The translations under genes and the position numbers were made by a program. This document shows positions 36,248 to 46,836 of a DNA stretch of 51,065 bases, piece after piece (position 1 is the first letter of the stretch; each line of letters starts with the position of its first letter). The DNA lies in the NCBI GenBank assembly GCA_028719205.1, contig JAQUKH010000018.1, positions 1 through 51,065 on the forward strand. Direction: 5' to 3'. The DNA comes from a bacterium. Its GTDB lineage: Bacteria; JACRDZ01; JAQUKH01. Under the pieces are notes generated by a model. That model saw nothing but the letters and a program-made list of their open reading frames with translations, had not been told where the DNA came from and did no database searches.

Positions 36248-37238
36248 CCTTTTTTTAGATATTGGAAACCTTCATCAGGAAGATGTTCAATACGGATATT
36301 CTACCGGAAGGCTTGCAATACTTGAAAAATCAATTCTTGACAAAAACGCTTACAGAGAGCTGATAATTGCCAATAATACTGAAGAAACACTAAGGCTCCT
36401 TGAGAACAAACACGGATTTAAGACAAAAAACCATAACACGCAAGTTTCATGGGAGGATATCTTAAACAAAGAGTTCATCTCCGTTCATGATTTGATCTAT
36501 GGATTAGCTCCGGTAAAAGAGATTTTTGATATATTTTTTTTCCAGTACTCTTTTCATAATTTGAAGGTAAGGCTAAAAGAAAAATTAGCGGGCCATAAAA
36601 TTGACACCCCTTTATTTATTATCGGCCCGGTATTGCTGGAAGAAAGTTCACCGGTTTTGCGGGAAATAATCATAAAGATCGAACAGGTATTTTACAAAGA
36701 GAGGCGTTTTCAGGATATTGACTGCATTTTAGATGAAGAATATTTTAATTTTTTGTCAAGAGTCGCTGACAAATATAAAATACCGGTAATTGAAAGCCTT
36801 ATAAAAACCTGGATCGACCTGGCAAACATCAAACTTTTTTTCCGGTTTAAAACCCTGCAAAGAGATAAAAATAATTTATCCAGGTTTCTTTTTTCGGGCG
36901 GAAATTTTAAACAGGATTTTTATATTAATACTTATCATCTTCGTACTGATGTGCTGAAAAGAGAAACCAAAAATATTTTTTACGCCGATCTGTTTTTAAC
37001 AGGAATAAAATGCCTGGAGAATGAAACCTCTATGGATGAGCTGGAAAAATCTTGCGACAGGTTCATCCTTCAAAGGTTTAGCGAAACAAAACATATTGTT
37101 TTCGGCATTGAGCCGATGATCCGGTATCTTTTGCATAAAGAAAATGAAATGAGAATGCTTCGGATGATTTTTGTCGGCAAAGAAAACAGTATTTCCAATA
37201 ACGAAATTGAAGAAAAAATAGCAGGATATTATGTCTAA
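36219..37238 (+). CDS. ntpC: V/A-type ATPase subunit C
   Basis: YSFHNLK, IDLANIK, FGIEPMIRYLLHKENE. TTG 36219 with GGAG chosen; start uncertain. Confidence 0.85.
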   Translation: MEKYFSRKNDLFLDIGNLHQEDVQYGYSTGRLAILEKSILDKNAYRELIIANNTEETLRLLENKHGFKTKNHNTQVSWEDILNKEFISVHDLIYGLAPVKEIFDIFFFQYSFHNLKVRLKEKLAGHKIDTPLFIIGPVLLEESSPVLREIIIKIEQVFYKERRFQDIDCILDEEYFNFLSRVADKYKIPVIESLIKTWIDLANIKLFFRFKTLQRDKNNLSRFLFSGGNFKQDFYINTYHLRTDVLKRETKNIFYADLFLTGIKCLENETSMDELEKSCDRFILQRFSETKHIVFGIEPMIRYLLHKENEMRMLRMIFVGKENSISNNEIEEKIAGYYV

Positions 37239-37539
37239 GATCGCTTTTATCGGCGAACAGCCGTCAATATTGGGATTTAAAGCTATCGGCGCGGATATTT
37301 TCCCGGCTGCAGATGGAAACGAAGCCGTCAATATGCTTGAAAATATGTTTAAAGAAGATTATAAAATAATCTATATTACTGAAAATATTGCAGGCCAGAT
37401 CACAGATTATTTAAAGGGTATAGACAGATTGTGGCCGATAATTACGATCATCCCGGGCTTTAAAGGAAGTAAAGGATTGGGTAAGGCTAGGCTTAGAAAT
37501 TATATTATTAAAGCAACCGGAACGGATATGATAAGTTAA
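37231..37539 (+). CDS. atpF: V/A-type ATPase subunit F
   Basis: KIAFIGE..ILGFKAIG, IYITE, IKATGTD. Confidence 0.88.
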   Translation: MSKIAFIGEQPSILGFKAIGADIFPAADGNEAVNMLENMFKEDYKIIYITENIAGQITDYLKGIDRLWPIITIIPGFKGSKGLGKARLRNYIIKATGTDMIS

Positions 37540-37544
37540 AGAGA

Positions 37545-37589
37545 ACCTCCCCATTCCCCTCCTTGGCAAGGAGGGGATAAAGGGGTGGT
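37545..37589. repeat. GC-rich palindromic repeat, copy 1
   Basis: ACCTCCCCATTCCCCTCCTTGGCAAGGAGGGGATAAAGGGGTGGT; near-identical copy at 49322. Confidence 0.8.
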
Positions 37590-37612
37590 AAATTTTATAA
37601 TTTTGGAGGAAT

Positions 37613-39385
37613 ATGATAAAAGGTCAAATAGTAAAAATCGCGGGTCCGCTTGTAGTAGCCGAAAACATGGCTGGCGTCAGTATGTATAATGTTGTTAAGG
37701 TCAGTAAATTCGGGCTGGTTGGGGAAGTTATAGAATTAAAACAGGATAAAGTATCTATCCAGGTTTATGAAGAAACCATAGGAATAGGCCGCGGAGAACC
37801 TGTCGAGGATACGGGAGTTCCTCTTTCCATTGAATTAGGGCCGGGCCTTTTGGAATCAATATTTGACGGGATCCAGAGGCCTCTTGACGTGATCAAACAA
37901 AAAACAGGAAATTATATAACCCGCGGGGTTTCTGTTCCCGCGCTGAACCGCGATAAAAAATGGGCCTTTGAGCCATTGGCAAAAAAAGGCGACAAGGTTT
38001 CCCCTGGAGATAAATTAGGTGTTGTCCAGGAGACAGTACTTATTAAACATTATATTATGGTACCAAATGATATTGAGGGAGAATTAATTGAGCTTGCCGT
38101 AAAAGGCAATTACACAATTACCGAACTTATAGCTAAAATAAAAACCACCGAAGGAGTGCAGGAAATAACAATGCTCCGTAAATGGCCTGTAAGAAAGATG
38201 CGGCCTTATATAGAAAAAATGGCTCCAAAAGAATTATTGTCTTCAGGGCAGAGGGTAATCGATACATTCTTTCCGGTAACTAAAGGCGGAACAGCCTGTA
38301 TCCCCGGGCCTTTCGGAAGCGGGAAAACCGTAGTCCAGCAGCAGCTCGCAAAATGGGCGGATGCTGACGTTGTCATCTACATCGGATGCGGTGAACGCGG
38401 AAATGAGATCACGGATGTCTTGCTGGAATTTCCTGAATTAAAAGACCCGAAAAGCGGCGAACCTTTGATGAAAAGGACAGTTCTTGTCGCGAACACTTCA
38501 AATATGCCCGTAGCGGCACGCGAGGCATCAATATATACCGGCGTTACTATGGCGGAATATTACAGGGATATGGGTTACAATGTCGCGCTAATGGCGGATT
38601 CCACGTCACGGTGGGCTGAGGCATTAAGGGAAATATCCGGACGAATGGAAGAAATGCCGGGCGAGGAAGGATACCCGGCTTATCTCGCGTCGCGTATCGC
38701 GGGATTTTACGAACGCGCGGGGCAGGTTGTCTGCCTTGCGAGCAAAGAGAAACGAATAGGAAGTATTTCAATTATCGGGGCGGTATCACCTCCCGGAGGA
38801 GACCTTTCTGATCCTGTAGTTCAGGCAACTCTTCGAATTGTAAAGGTTTTCTGGGGATTGGAAGATAAGCTTGCGTACCGCAGGCATTTTCCGGCTATAA
38901 ACTGGCTCAGAAGTTATTCTCTATACCTTGAAAATATTGAGGAATATCTGAAAACCGTCGCGCCTGAAATTTCAAGTTTGCGGTCTAAATCCATGCGCAT
39001 ACTTCAGGAAGAAGCGGAACTGGAAGAAATTGTGAGGCTCGTTGGCGTTGACGCCCTATCCGATCACGATAAGCTTACAATGGAAACCGCGAAATCGATC
39101 AGGGAAGATTTCCTGCACCAGAACGCGTTTGATATGCAGGATACCTATACTTCTCTTAAAAAACAATATAACATGCTGAAACTTATAATTTCCTTTCACG
39201 AAAGGTCGCTTAAATGTTTAGAGAATAAAATTTCTACAAAAGAAATTTTCAATCTGCCGGTCCGGGACAAGATCGCCAAGTCAAAATTTATCCCGGAGGA
39301 CCAGATGATAGCTTTTGATTATTTAGAAAATGAGATGAGCCAGGTATTTGAAAAATTATTTGCTCACCACACGGAGAAAAAATAA
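37613..39385 (+). CDS. ntpA: V/A-type ATPase subunit A
   Basis: [35 protein letters not shown]; no intein. Confidence 0.97.
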   Translation: MIKGQIVKIAGPLVVAENMAGVSMYNVVKVSKFGLVGEVIELKQDKVSIQVYEETIGIGRGEPVEDTGVPLSIELGPGLLESIFDGIQRPLDVIKQKTGNYITRGVSVPALNRDKKWAFEPLAKKGDKVSPGDKLGVVQETVLIKHYIMVPNDIEGELIELAVKGNYTITELIAKIKTTEGVQEITMLRKWPVRKMRPYIEKMAPKELLSSGQRVIDTFFPVTKGGTACIPGPFGSGKTVVQQQLAKWADADVVIYIGCGERGNEITDVLLEFPELKDPKSGEPLMKRTVLVANTSNMPVAAREASIYTGVTMAEYYRDMGYNVALMADSTSRWAEALREISGRMEEMPGEEGYPAYLASRIAGFYERAGQVVCLASKEKRIGSISIIGAVSPPGGDLSDPVVQATLRIVKVFWGLEDKLAYRRHFPAINWLRSYSLYLENIEEYLKTVAPEISSLRSKSMRILQEEAELEEIVRLVGVDALSDHDKLTMETAKSIREDFLHQNAFDMQDTYTSLKKQYNMLKLIISFHERSLKCLENKISTKEIFNLPVRDKIAKSKFIPEDQMIAFDYLENEMSQVFEKLFAHHTEKK

Positions 39386-39386
39386 A

Positions 39387-40757
39387 ATGTTTAAAGAATA
39401 TCTTTCCGTCACAGCTGTCAGCGGTCCGCTTTTATTAGCGGAACATATTGAAGAAGTCAAATACGGAGAACTTGTAGAAATTGAGCTCGAAAACAAAGAA
39501 ATAAGGCGCGGCCAGGTATTGGAAGTTTCAGGCGACAAGGCCCTTATCCAGATCTTTGAAGGAAGCACCGGGATAAACCTTACCGGAAGCCGGGTCAGGT
39601 TCAGCGGAAAAAGCATAGAGATCGGCGTCTCGATGGATATGCTAAGCCGGGTGTTTAACGGGCTCGGAGAACCGATTGATAACGGCCCCAAAATATTACC
39701 GGAGAAAAAAATTGATATCAATGGAAGCCCTATTAATCCCTACGCGCGGGATTTTCCGCAGGAGTTCATACAAACAGGAATTTCCTCGATCGATGGGATG
39801 AACACACTGGTCCGCGGGCAGAAGCTTCCTATATTTTCAGGGTCAGGACTTCCCCACGCTAGGATCGCGGCTCAAATAGCCAGGCAGGCAAAGGTTCTGG
39901 GAAAAGAAGAGGAATTTGCCGTGGTATTCGGCGCGATGGGTATTACATTTGAAGAGGCGAATTTTTTTATTGAAGATTTTAAGAAAACAGGCGCGATAGA
40001 CCGCGCGGTACTTTTTATAAATCTGGCAAGCGATCCGCCGATCGAGCGTATCGCGACTCCGCGTGTTGTTTTAAGCACTGCGGAATATCTCGCGTTTGAA
40101 AAAGACAAGCATGTCCTTGTTATCCTTACCGACATGACAAACTATTGCGAGGCCTTGCGTGAAGTTTCCGCCGCGAGAAAAGAAGTACCGGGCAGAAGAG
40201 GTTATCCGGGATATTTATACACCGACCTTGCCTCGATATATGAACGTGCCGGACGTATCCAGGGTAAAAAAGGTTCCATAACGCAAATCCCGATCCTTAC
40301 AATGCCTGAGGATGATAAAACCCACCCTGTTCCCGATTTAACGGGGTATATCACGGAAGGACAGATCCTTCTTTCTCGCGCCCTGCACCAGAAAAATATT
40401 TATCCCCCTATCGATGTTTTGCCAAGCCTTTCAAGGTTAAAACAAAAAGGAATTGGACGGGGAAGGACCAGGGAAGACCACGCGGACGTAACCAACCAGC
40501 TTTTCGCGGCTTACGCGAGAGGAAAAGAAGCAAAAGAATTGGCGGTTATTCTTGGCGACGCGGCACTCTCAGACATAGATAAACAATTCTCGAAATTTGC
40601 CGACGAGTATGAAAATAAATTCCTGGCGCAAGGTGAATACACAAACCGTACTATTGAAGAAACCTTAAATATCGGTTGGGAGCTTTTAAAGATCCTCCCG
40701 CGCAGTGAATTAAAACGCGTTAAGGAAGAACAGATCAAAACATATATGGACAAGTGA
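39387..40757 (+). CDS. ntpB: V/A-type ATPase subunit B
   Basis: [42 protein letters not shown] 39387. Confidence 0.97.
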   Translation: MFKEYLSVTAVSGPLLLAEHIEEVKYGELVEIELENKEIRRGQVLEVSGDKALIQIFEGSTGINLTGSRVRFSGKSIEIGVSMDMLSRVFNGLGEPIDNGPKILPEKKIDINGSPINPYARDFPQEFIQTGISSIDGMNTLVRGQKLPIFSGSGLPHARIAAQIARQAKVLGKEEEFAVVFGAMGITFEEANFFIEDFKKTGAIDRAVLFINLASDPPIERIATPRVVLSTAEYLAFEKDKHVLVILTDMTNYCEALREVSAARKEVPGRRGYPGYLYTDLASIYERAGRIQGKKGSITQIPILTMPEDDKTHPVPDLTGYITEGQILLSRALHQKNIYPPIDVLPSLSRLKQKGIGRGRTREDHADVTNQLFAAYARGKEAKELAVILGDAALSDIDKQFSKFADEYENKFLAQGEYTNRTIEETLNIGWELLKILPRSELKRVKEEQIKTYMDK

Positions 40758-40872
40758 AAGTCGCATGTCACACCTGCCCGCCGTGGCGGGAGTTGATAGT
40801 CACAAGTTTTTTGATTTATCACTTTTGCCTTTTATTTTTTTGCTTGTGACTTGTGACTTACAACTTGTGACT
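40758..40872. repeat. Inverted heptamer arrays with a nested GC palindrome between subunits B and D
   Basis: AAGTCGC-ATGTCAC...TAGTCAC-AAG versus GCTTGTG-ACTTGTG-ACTTACA-ACTTGTG; nested CCCGCCGTGGCGGG. Confidence 0.7.
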
Positions 40873-40941
40873 ATAACAGTTTCGATATTAGAATTTTAAA
40901 ACTTAGGTAATTGTATAATAAAATTTAAGGAAGTAAATAAG

Positions 40942-41562
40942 ATGCTCGCTGATGTTTCTCTTACCCGAATGAACCTGATGAAGATGAAAAAACGCTATGC
41001 TATCGCTCTGCGCGGGCATAAGCTTCTGAAGGATAAACAGGATGAGTTGATGCGCAAATTCATGGAACTCCTTGAAGAGATAAAGTCATACCGCCAGGAG
41101 GTCGAAAACAGCCTTGAAAAAGTACATAAACAATTTTTCTGGGCTCAGGGCGTGATGTCCAAAGAATTCCTTGAAGAGGCCATCATGGTTCCGCAAGTGT
41201 CACTAAATCTTACCACCAGCCAGGAACAGGTATTCAACATCCAAACCCCCAAACTGGATTTTCACATTGAAGGCGATATTTATTCCTACGGCTTCCTATT
41301 TACGTCCCAGCAACTGGACCTCGCATTAGACGGCTACAAAAATATTTTTCCCAAACTGCTCCATCTATCCGAGATCGAAAAAAGAGCCGAGCTCCTGGCA
41401 TCCGAAATAGAACAAACAAGAAGGCGCGTAAACGCCCTCGAATACATTCTCATCCCCGAATTAAAACAAACCATCAAATACATCTCCATGCGGCTTGCCG
41501 AGCTTGAACTTTCCAACCAGATACGATTGATGAAAATCAAGGATATTGTCAGAAAACATTAA
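40942..41562 (+). CDS. ntpD: V/A-type ATPase subunit D
   Basis: TRMNL, RGHKLLKDKQDEL, TRRRVNALE. Confidence 0.95.
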   Translation: MLADVSLTRMNLMKMKKRYAIALRGHKLLKDKQDELMRKFMELLEEIKSYRQEVENSLEKVHKQFFWAQGVMSKEFLEEAIMVPQVSLNLTTSQEQVFNIQTPKLDFHIEGDIYSYGFLFTSQQLDLALDGYKNIFPKLLHLSEIEKRAELLASEIEQTRRRVNALEYILIPELKQTIKYISMRLAELELSNQIRLMKIKDIVRKH

Positions 41563-41657
41563 AATATGAATCATTCCCCCTATCACTTTTAAAATCCATC
41601 GACAAATAAATTAAAAGTTGTATAATAAAATTATGGATTTTTATAGGGGGGCTAGTT

Positions 41658-42329
41658 ATGGATAAAAAAGGATTTGAATCGGTTTTAACATCATTAGCTT
41701 TACTCAGTATTTTTTTAATTATCATTTTATTTCCCGGATGCGGGACATCAAAATTAAACAGGAAAACGGATAAAGATATTTCAATAGCAAATAAATTGCC
41801 CGCGCCAAAAATGATAGGGTTCTTTCCAAAGCTTCCATGCCCAAAAACAAACTGGCTAAAAAATGATAATGTGAAGGAGATCTGCAGTGTCAGCGATTGC
41901 ATTGCCGGAGGGCCCGAAGACTGGATAGAGAAAAGGGAACATAATGAGCTGGGATTTTTTAATAATGAAGAAAAGATGAAAAAAGTATTGGATAATGAAG
42001 AAGAAAAATATAATTTTTACGCCTATAAGCTCTATCCTTTTAAATTGATCAACAAAAAGGTGGAAGATGTACCCATATCTATCGACCTGAAAGAAGATAT
42101 TTCCGATTATGAGTTTTTAGGCTTCGATATTGTCTGTAAATCAAGTTCAGCTTTTTTTGAATGTTCACCCTTAGCCTGTAATCTTTTATACAAAATTTAT
42201 CCCGTAAATCAATATTGCCTGATCGATAACCTTGAAAATGCTTATAAATATTATTTAGATATTGAAATCCAGAGGTGTGAACCCGGCCCGTATTATTTGT
42301 TTGAAGTATATAGAAAAAAGAAGAAATAA
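41658..42329 (+). CDS. Hypothetical lipoprotein, Cys-rich
   Basis: Lipobox-like FPGC; FLGFDIV, FECSPLACN, CEPGPYY. Confidence 0.7.
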   Translation: MDKKGFESVLTSLALLSIFLIIILFPGCGTSKLNRKTDKDISIANKLPAPKMIGFFPKLPCPKTNWLKNDNVKEICSVSDCIAGGPEDWIEKREHNELGFFNNEEKMKKVLDNEEEKYNFYAYKLYPFKLINKKVEDVPISIDLKEDISDYEFLGFDIVCKSSSAFFECSPLACNLLYKIYPVNQYCLIDNLENAYKYYLDIEIQRCEPGPYYLFEVYRKKKK

Positions 42330-42375
42330 ATGTAAAATACTTGAATAATTCTCAATAATAAGCAATAATATAATT

Positions 42376-42435
42376 ATGATTCCTGTTTTCGTGAAAGCGG
42401 TCGAAAATACAAGGACAATTGTTTATGAACGATGA
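42376..42435 (+). pseudogene. Probable 3' remnant of an MNT nucleotidyltransferase antitoxin
   Basis: MIPVFVKAVENTRTIVYER overlaps the HEPN start and resembles MNT C-termini (NPYF..SV..TR..IY). Confidence 0.5.
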
Positions 42436-42769
42436 TGAAAGAAAAAACCTGATTGATATTCTTCACGCGACGGAGGAGATACAAAGTTTTACACATAAAA
42501 TGGATTACAAAGGATATCACAACAGTCCGATAACACAACGGGCAGTCGAGAGAAATTTCGAAATTATTGGAAACTCTCTTGAAAGAATCAAGCAAATTGA
42601 CGGAGAATCAATATCAAAGGTTTCAGAATATCATCGGATTATGGAATTCAGCAATATTTTAATACATGGGTACAATATCGATGAGAAGATAGTTTGGAAT
42701 GCAGTTGTAAATCATTTGCCGCTTCTGCTTAAAAGGATAAATGAGATTTTAGAGCCCTCGCTGGAATAG
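42425..42769 (+). CDS. HepT-like (DUF86) HEPN protein with mutated catalytic motif
   Basis: LIDIL, AVERNFEIIG, FSNILIHGY (RxxxxH Arg replaced by Ser), IVW. Confidence 0.85.
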   Translation: MNDDERKNLIDILHATEEIQSFTHKMDYKGYHNSPITQRAVERNFEIIGNSLERIKQIDGESISKVSEYHRIMEFSNILIHGYNIDEKIVWNAVVNHLPLLLKRINEILEPSLE

Positions 42770-42810
42770 AACTTTTCAACCGGATCCGCCGGATGTTTAA
42801 TTCATTAGAT

Positions 42811-42844
42811 AAAAAAGCTGCTTTATACAAAAGCAGCTTTTTTT
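42811..42844. terminator. Bidirectional Rho-independent terminator
   Basis: AAAAAAGCTGCTTT-ATACA-AAAGCAGCTTTTTT between convergent genes. Confidence 0.85.
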
Positions 42845-42863
42845 ATATTTTATTGAATTATGA

Positions 42864-43346
42864 TTATTTAAAGTTAAAATTTACGATCGGCAGAATATAG
42901 AAAGGATTTTTAGCTCCATTAATGTTTATCAGTCCGATCTGCAAGCCTTCCAAACTACCTGTGTTGTTCACTAAAGCCAGCTGGAAGCCTTTCATTTTAC
43001 CGGCATAATTATACCAGCCTGATTGAAAACCTACAAAATCACCCTTGGTAATATTCACGGCGCTGGCCTGCCAACCGGTAAAGTTACCTTCAACATAATT
43101 TACCAAACCCCATTGCACACCTTTAACATTTCCTTTTATTCTGTTAACAAGACCATAGTCAAGACCTGTCAAATTAGCATTAACGCCATAAATTAAGTTA
43201 ATCCTAAGGCCTTCAATTGTAGTGTCTTCACTGAATATCTGGACCGGAGTAAACAAGGAAATTTGGATCGGCTTGGTGCCAGCCGCGAAAATCTGCGTGC
43301 TTCCCATAAGAAGCAGCACCGCGATAGCAAGAAATAATTTTCTCAT
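42864..43346 (-). CDS. LA_2272-like surface repeat protein
   Basis: Signal peptide, PIQISLFTPVQ, GxQxGLVN repeats, aromatic C-terminus LPIVNFNFK; ATG 43346 with AAGGAG. Confidence 0.8.
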   Translation of the reverse strand: MRKLFLAIAVLLLMGSTQIFAAGTKPIQISLFTPVQIFSEDTTIEGLRINLIYGVNANLTGLDYGLVNRIKGNVKGVQWGLVNYVEGNFTGWQASAVNITKGDFVGFQSGWYNYAGKMKGFQLALVNNTGSLEGLQIGLININGAKNPFYILPIVNFNFK

Positions 43347-43421
43347 ATGGTTCTCCTTTCGTGTTAAATTGTTCAATAGTTAAAGCCTAGCACCATTTAA
43401 AGTAAAAAACAAGAATTATTA

Positions 43422-43997
43422 TTATTTAAAGTTAAAATTTATGATCGGCAGAATAAAGAAAGGTTGTTTTGCCCCATTTATGTTTATCAAACCGATCTGC
43501 AAACCGCTTAAGCTGTCTGTATTATTTATCAATCCAAGCTGTAATCCGTTCATTTTTCCCGCGTAATTGTATAAGAATCCCACTTGAAGACCTGTAAAAT
43601 CACCTTTCACAATATTAACAACTCCCCCCTGGGCACCACTAAAACTGCCACTTACAACATTCACAAAACCACCCTGAGATCCATCATAATTACCACCGAG
43701 AATATTCACTATACCGCTCTGCTCACCGTTAAAATCTCCTCCGACATTATTAACCAAACCGCCTTGCCCGCCTTTAAAATTTTTCTTTACACTATTAACA
43801 AGCCCAAAACTGAAACCTGTTATATTATCGTTGACACCATAAATCAGGTTAAAGCTGAATCCTTTAATTGAAGCATCTTCATTATATATTTGAACCGGGT
43901 TAAATAAAGATAACTGGATTGGTTTTGTCTCCCCCGCAAAAACCTTTGTACTCCCCATGAAAAGCAGCACCGCGAAAATTTGAAACACTTTTTTCAT
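43422..43997 (-). CDS. LA_2272-like surface repeat protein, tandem paralogue
   Basis: Same architecture with more GxQxGxVN repeats; LPIINFNFK. Confidence 0.8.
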   Translation of the reverse strand: MKKVFQIFAVLLFMGSTKVFAGETKPIQLSLFNPVQIYNEDASIKGFSFNLIYGVNDNITGFSFGLVNSVKKNFKGGQGGLVNNVGGDFNGEQSGIVNILGGNYDGSQGGFVNVVSGSFSGAQGGVVNIVKGDFTGLQVGFLYNYAGKMNGLQLGLINNTDSLSGLQIGLININGAKQPFFILPIINFNFK

Positions 43998-44309
43998 TGC
44001 ATCTCCTTTTTTTTGAAATTATTTATCAGTTAAATGTTAACATTGATTGCAAACAATTTCAAGATTTTTTTGCCCATTGTATAAAATTGTATAGCCAAAT
44101 GAACCAATATGGTATATAATGTTTACTATATAAAAGCCCTGAATTGTAAAACCGCTGAGGTTTGGCATTATTAATTTTAAAATCATAACTTTCATCTCTG
44201 AATACTATAAATAAAATCCATACCCAATAATTCTCGACAAACAGATCAAAGGTTGTACAATAAAATCACTGGGATAATAAAAATTTAATGAAAGGAAGTA
44301 AAAAATAAT

Positions 44310-45938
44310 ATGAAATCATTTAAAAACCTGGGGTTGTGTGACGCGACCCTGGAAATTCTGCAAAAAAAGGGATTTGAAGAACCTACACCGATCCAGGAAC
44401 AAACCATACCGTTCATACTTAATGAATATAAGGATATGGTCGGGCAGGCCCAGACAGGAACCGGTAAAACCGCGGCCTTCGGCCTTCCCATTATAGAACT
44501 CTTAAAGGAAAATGCAGGCACGGTACAAGTGCTTGTGCTTACTCCGACAAGGGAGCTCGCTATCCAGGTGGCTGAGGAGATCAATTCTTTAAAAGGATCG
44601 AAAAAGCTGAGTATTATTCCGGTCTATGGCGGGCAATCCATAGATATTCAATTAAGAAGCTTAAAAAGAGGCGTTGATATCGTTGTCGGCACACCCGGCA
44701 GGATAATGGATCATCTCGAGCGCCGTACCTTGAAACTTGACAAAATATCTTTTCTGGTTCTCGATGAAGCGGATGAAATGCTGAATATGGGTTTTCTTGA
44801 AGACGTTAAAACGATCATGCAAAAAATCGGGCCGGAAAAAAGGACCCTATTGTTTTCCGCAACCATGCCTGCTGAAATAATGCAAATTGCCAAAAGGTAT
44901 ATGGGCGAATATGAAGTTTTTAAAGTAACCAAAGACCAGCTTACTGTGGTCCAAACAGACCAGATATATTTTGAAGTATCAGCGGCGGATAAATTTGAAG
45001 CCCTCTGCAGGATCGTAGATATTGAAGAGAAGTTTTTCGGGCTTGTCTTTTGCAGGACAAAGATCGAAGTTGATACAATTTCAAACCGCCTGATAGAACG
45101 GGGCTATAATGCCGATGCCCTGCACGGCGATATATCCCAGCCTCAAAGGGAAAAAATACTTAATAACCTGAGAAAACATAAAATAAATATACTTGTGGCA
45201 ACCGATGTGGCAGCGAGAGGCATAGATGTTCAAAACCTCACGCATGTTATTAATTTTTCTCTCCCGCATGACCCTGAATCATATGTCCACAGGATCGGCC
45301 GTACCGGACGGGCCGGCAAAAAAGGAAGCGCTATAACATTTGTAACACCGTCAGAATACAGGAACCTGCAATTTATCATACAAAGAACAAAAACCGCCAT
45401 CCGCAAGGCTCAGTTGCCTAAGATTAAAGATGTTATTGAGGCAAAAAAACTCAGGATCAAAACTAATATCGAAGATATAGTAAAATCTCAACTTAATGAT
45501 GAATATCTTAAACTGTCCGGGGACCTTCTGAAGGACAATACACCCGAAAATATACTGGCGGCACTTCTGCAGTATTCGTTTCCTGACGAACTGAATGAGA
45601 AAAGTTATACCGAAATAAAAAATACTTTAATAAAAAATAATTTTGTTGATGACAAGGGTAAAACACGGCTGTTTGTAACACACGGCAGAAATGAAGGGCT
45701 TACACCCCAAAAATTGATCGGCCTTATCAAGGACATATGTAATATCCCTGACAGGAACATAAGGGACATACAAATCCTCGAAAAATTTTCTTTTGTCACT
45801 CTGCCCTTTCATGAAGCGGAAATATTACTGTCCCGCTTTTCGGAAAGACAACAAAGATCCGGATTATTTATAACAAAAGCAAAAACAGACAGAGATAAAG
45901 GTAAAGACACAAATTTCAAACCAAGAAATAGAAGATAA
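44310..45938 (+). CDS. deaD: DEAD-box RNA helicase with DbpA-type C-terminal domain
   Basis: AQTGTGKT, PTRELA, DEAD, SAT, HRIGRTGR. Confidence 0.93.
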   Translation: MKSFKNLGLCDATLEILQKKGFEEPTPIQEQTIPFILNEYKDMVGQAQTGTGKTAAFGLPIIELLKENAGTVQVLVLTPTRELAIQVAEEINSLKGSKKLSIIPVYGGQSIDIQLRSLKRGVDIVVGTPGRIMDHLERRTLKLDKISFLVLDEADEMLNMGFLEDVKTIMQKIGPEKRTLLFSATMPAEIMQIAKRYMGEYEVFKVTKDQLTVVQTDQIYFEVSAADKFEALCRIVDIEEKFFGLVFCRTKIEVDTISNRLIERGYNADALHGDISQPQREKILNNLRKHKINILVATDVAARGIDVQNLTHVINFSLPHDPESYVHRIGRTGRAGKKGSAITFVTPSEYRNLQFIIQRTKTAIRKAQLPKIKDVIEAKKLRIKTNIEDIVKSQLNDEYLKLSGDLLKDNTPENILAALLQYSFPDELNEKSYTEIKNTLIKNNFVDDKGKTRLFVTHGRNEGLTPQKLIGLIKDICNIPDRNIRDIQILEKFSFVTLPFHEAEILLSRFSERQQRSGLFITKAKTDRDKGKDTNFKPRNRR

Positions 45939-45956
45939 TAAATAAGGACACAAGAT

Positions 45957-46202
45957 ATGACTTCAAATGAGTCCCCTGTTAATAGGATAGTAGAGATCAA
46001 TGTTGAACCTGTTGAACTTTGTAAAATTTTAAAGTTCGAAAATATGGTTCAAAGCGGCGGCGAAGCTAAATTTGTCATTTCAGAGGGTTTAGTCCGTCTG
46101 AATGGTGAAGTTGAAACAAGAAAAAGGAAAAAAATTTTCGCGGGCGATATTATTGAATACAAAGGAGAGAAACTTAAAATTGCCAGGAAAATCAAGCCCT
46201 GA
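45957..46202 (+). CDS. S4-domain RNA-binding protein (YbcJ/YaaA family)
   Basis: ELCKILK, SGGEAK, NGEVETRKRKK. Confidence 0.9.
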   Translation: MTSNESPVNRIVEINVEPVELCKILKFENMVQSGGEAKFVISEGLVRLNGEVETRKRKKIFAGDIIEYKGEKLKIARKIKP

Positions 46203-46836
46203 AACAGCCTGCGTATTATGCGGCGGATCTGATATCGTCTTCCTTTTTAAGGATAAACGCAGAGAATATCTAAAGTGCCTGTCATGCGACCTGGTGTTTG
46301 TTCCTCCAGATCAACACCTTACCCCTGAAGAGGAATTAAAAAGATACAGCCTGCACCAGAACAATCCTGAAGATGAGGGATATAATAAATTTCTGAAAAG
46401 AATGTTTAATCCGCTAAATACTCTTATACCTTCCGGCAGTTACGGCCTGGATTTTGGTTCAGGGCCAAATCCAGTTTTGAGCAGGATGTTTATTGAACGC
46501 GGCCATAAAATGGAGATCTATGACCCTTTTTATGCTAAAGACCGTTCGGTATTCAACAAAAAATATGATTTTATAACCGCGACAGAGGTCGTTGAACATT
46601 TATTTGATCCGCAAAAGGAACTGGACCTTTTATGGTCATGCCTTAAACCCGGCGGATCTCTGGGGATTATGACCAGACTATTATCAAATGAAGATGTTTT
46701 CACGAATTGGTACTATAAAGAAGATAGTAGCCACATCGCTTTTTTTTCCAAAAAAAGTTTTATCTGGTTAGAAAAAAGATGGAATTCAACTCCAAATTTT
46801 ATAGGAGATGATATTATAATTTTTCGTAAGCATTAG
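46102..46836 (+). CDS. Class I SAM-dependent methyltransferase with N-terminal Zn ribbon (real start may be TTG 46180)
   Basis: CVLC...CLSC, HQNN, LDFGSGP, YDPFY, TEVVEH. Confidence 0.85.
   Translation: MVKLKQEKGKKFSRAILLNTKERNLKLPGKSSPETACVLCGGSDIVFLFKDKRREYLKCLSCDLVFVPPDQHLTPEEELKRYSLHQNNPEDEGYNKFLKRMFNPLNTLIPSGSYGLDFGSGPNPVLSRMFIERGHKMEIYDPFYAKDRSVFNKKYDFITATEVVEHLFDPQKELDLLWSCLKPGGSLGIMTRLLSNEDVFTNWYYKEDSSHIAFFSKKSFIWLEKRWNSTPNFIGDDIIIFRKH

Noticed and set aside
37613-39385. Intein in ATPase subunit A
   Set aside because: Normal length (590 aa) with a continuous P-loop region.
40758-40872. CRISPR array
   Set aside because: Repeat units are 7 bp without unique spacers, and no cas genes are present. 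No CRISPR-like array was seen anywhere in the window.
44043-44056. FNR/CRP-like site TTGAT-TGCA-AACAA
   Set aside because: One mismatch, single occurrence, AT-rich context; insufficient support.
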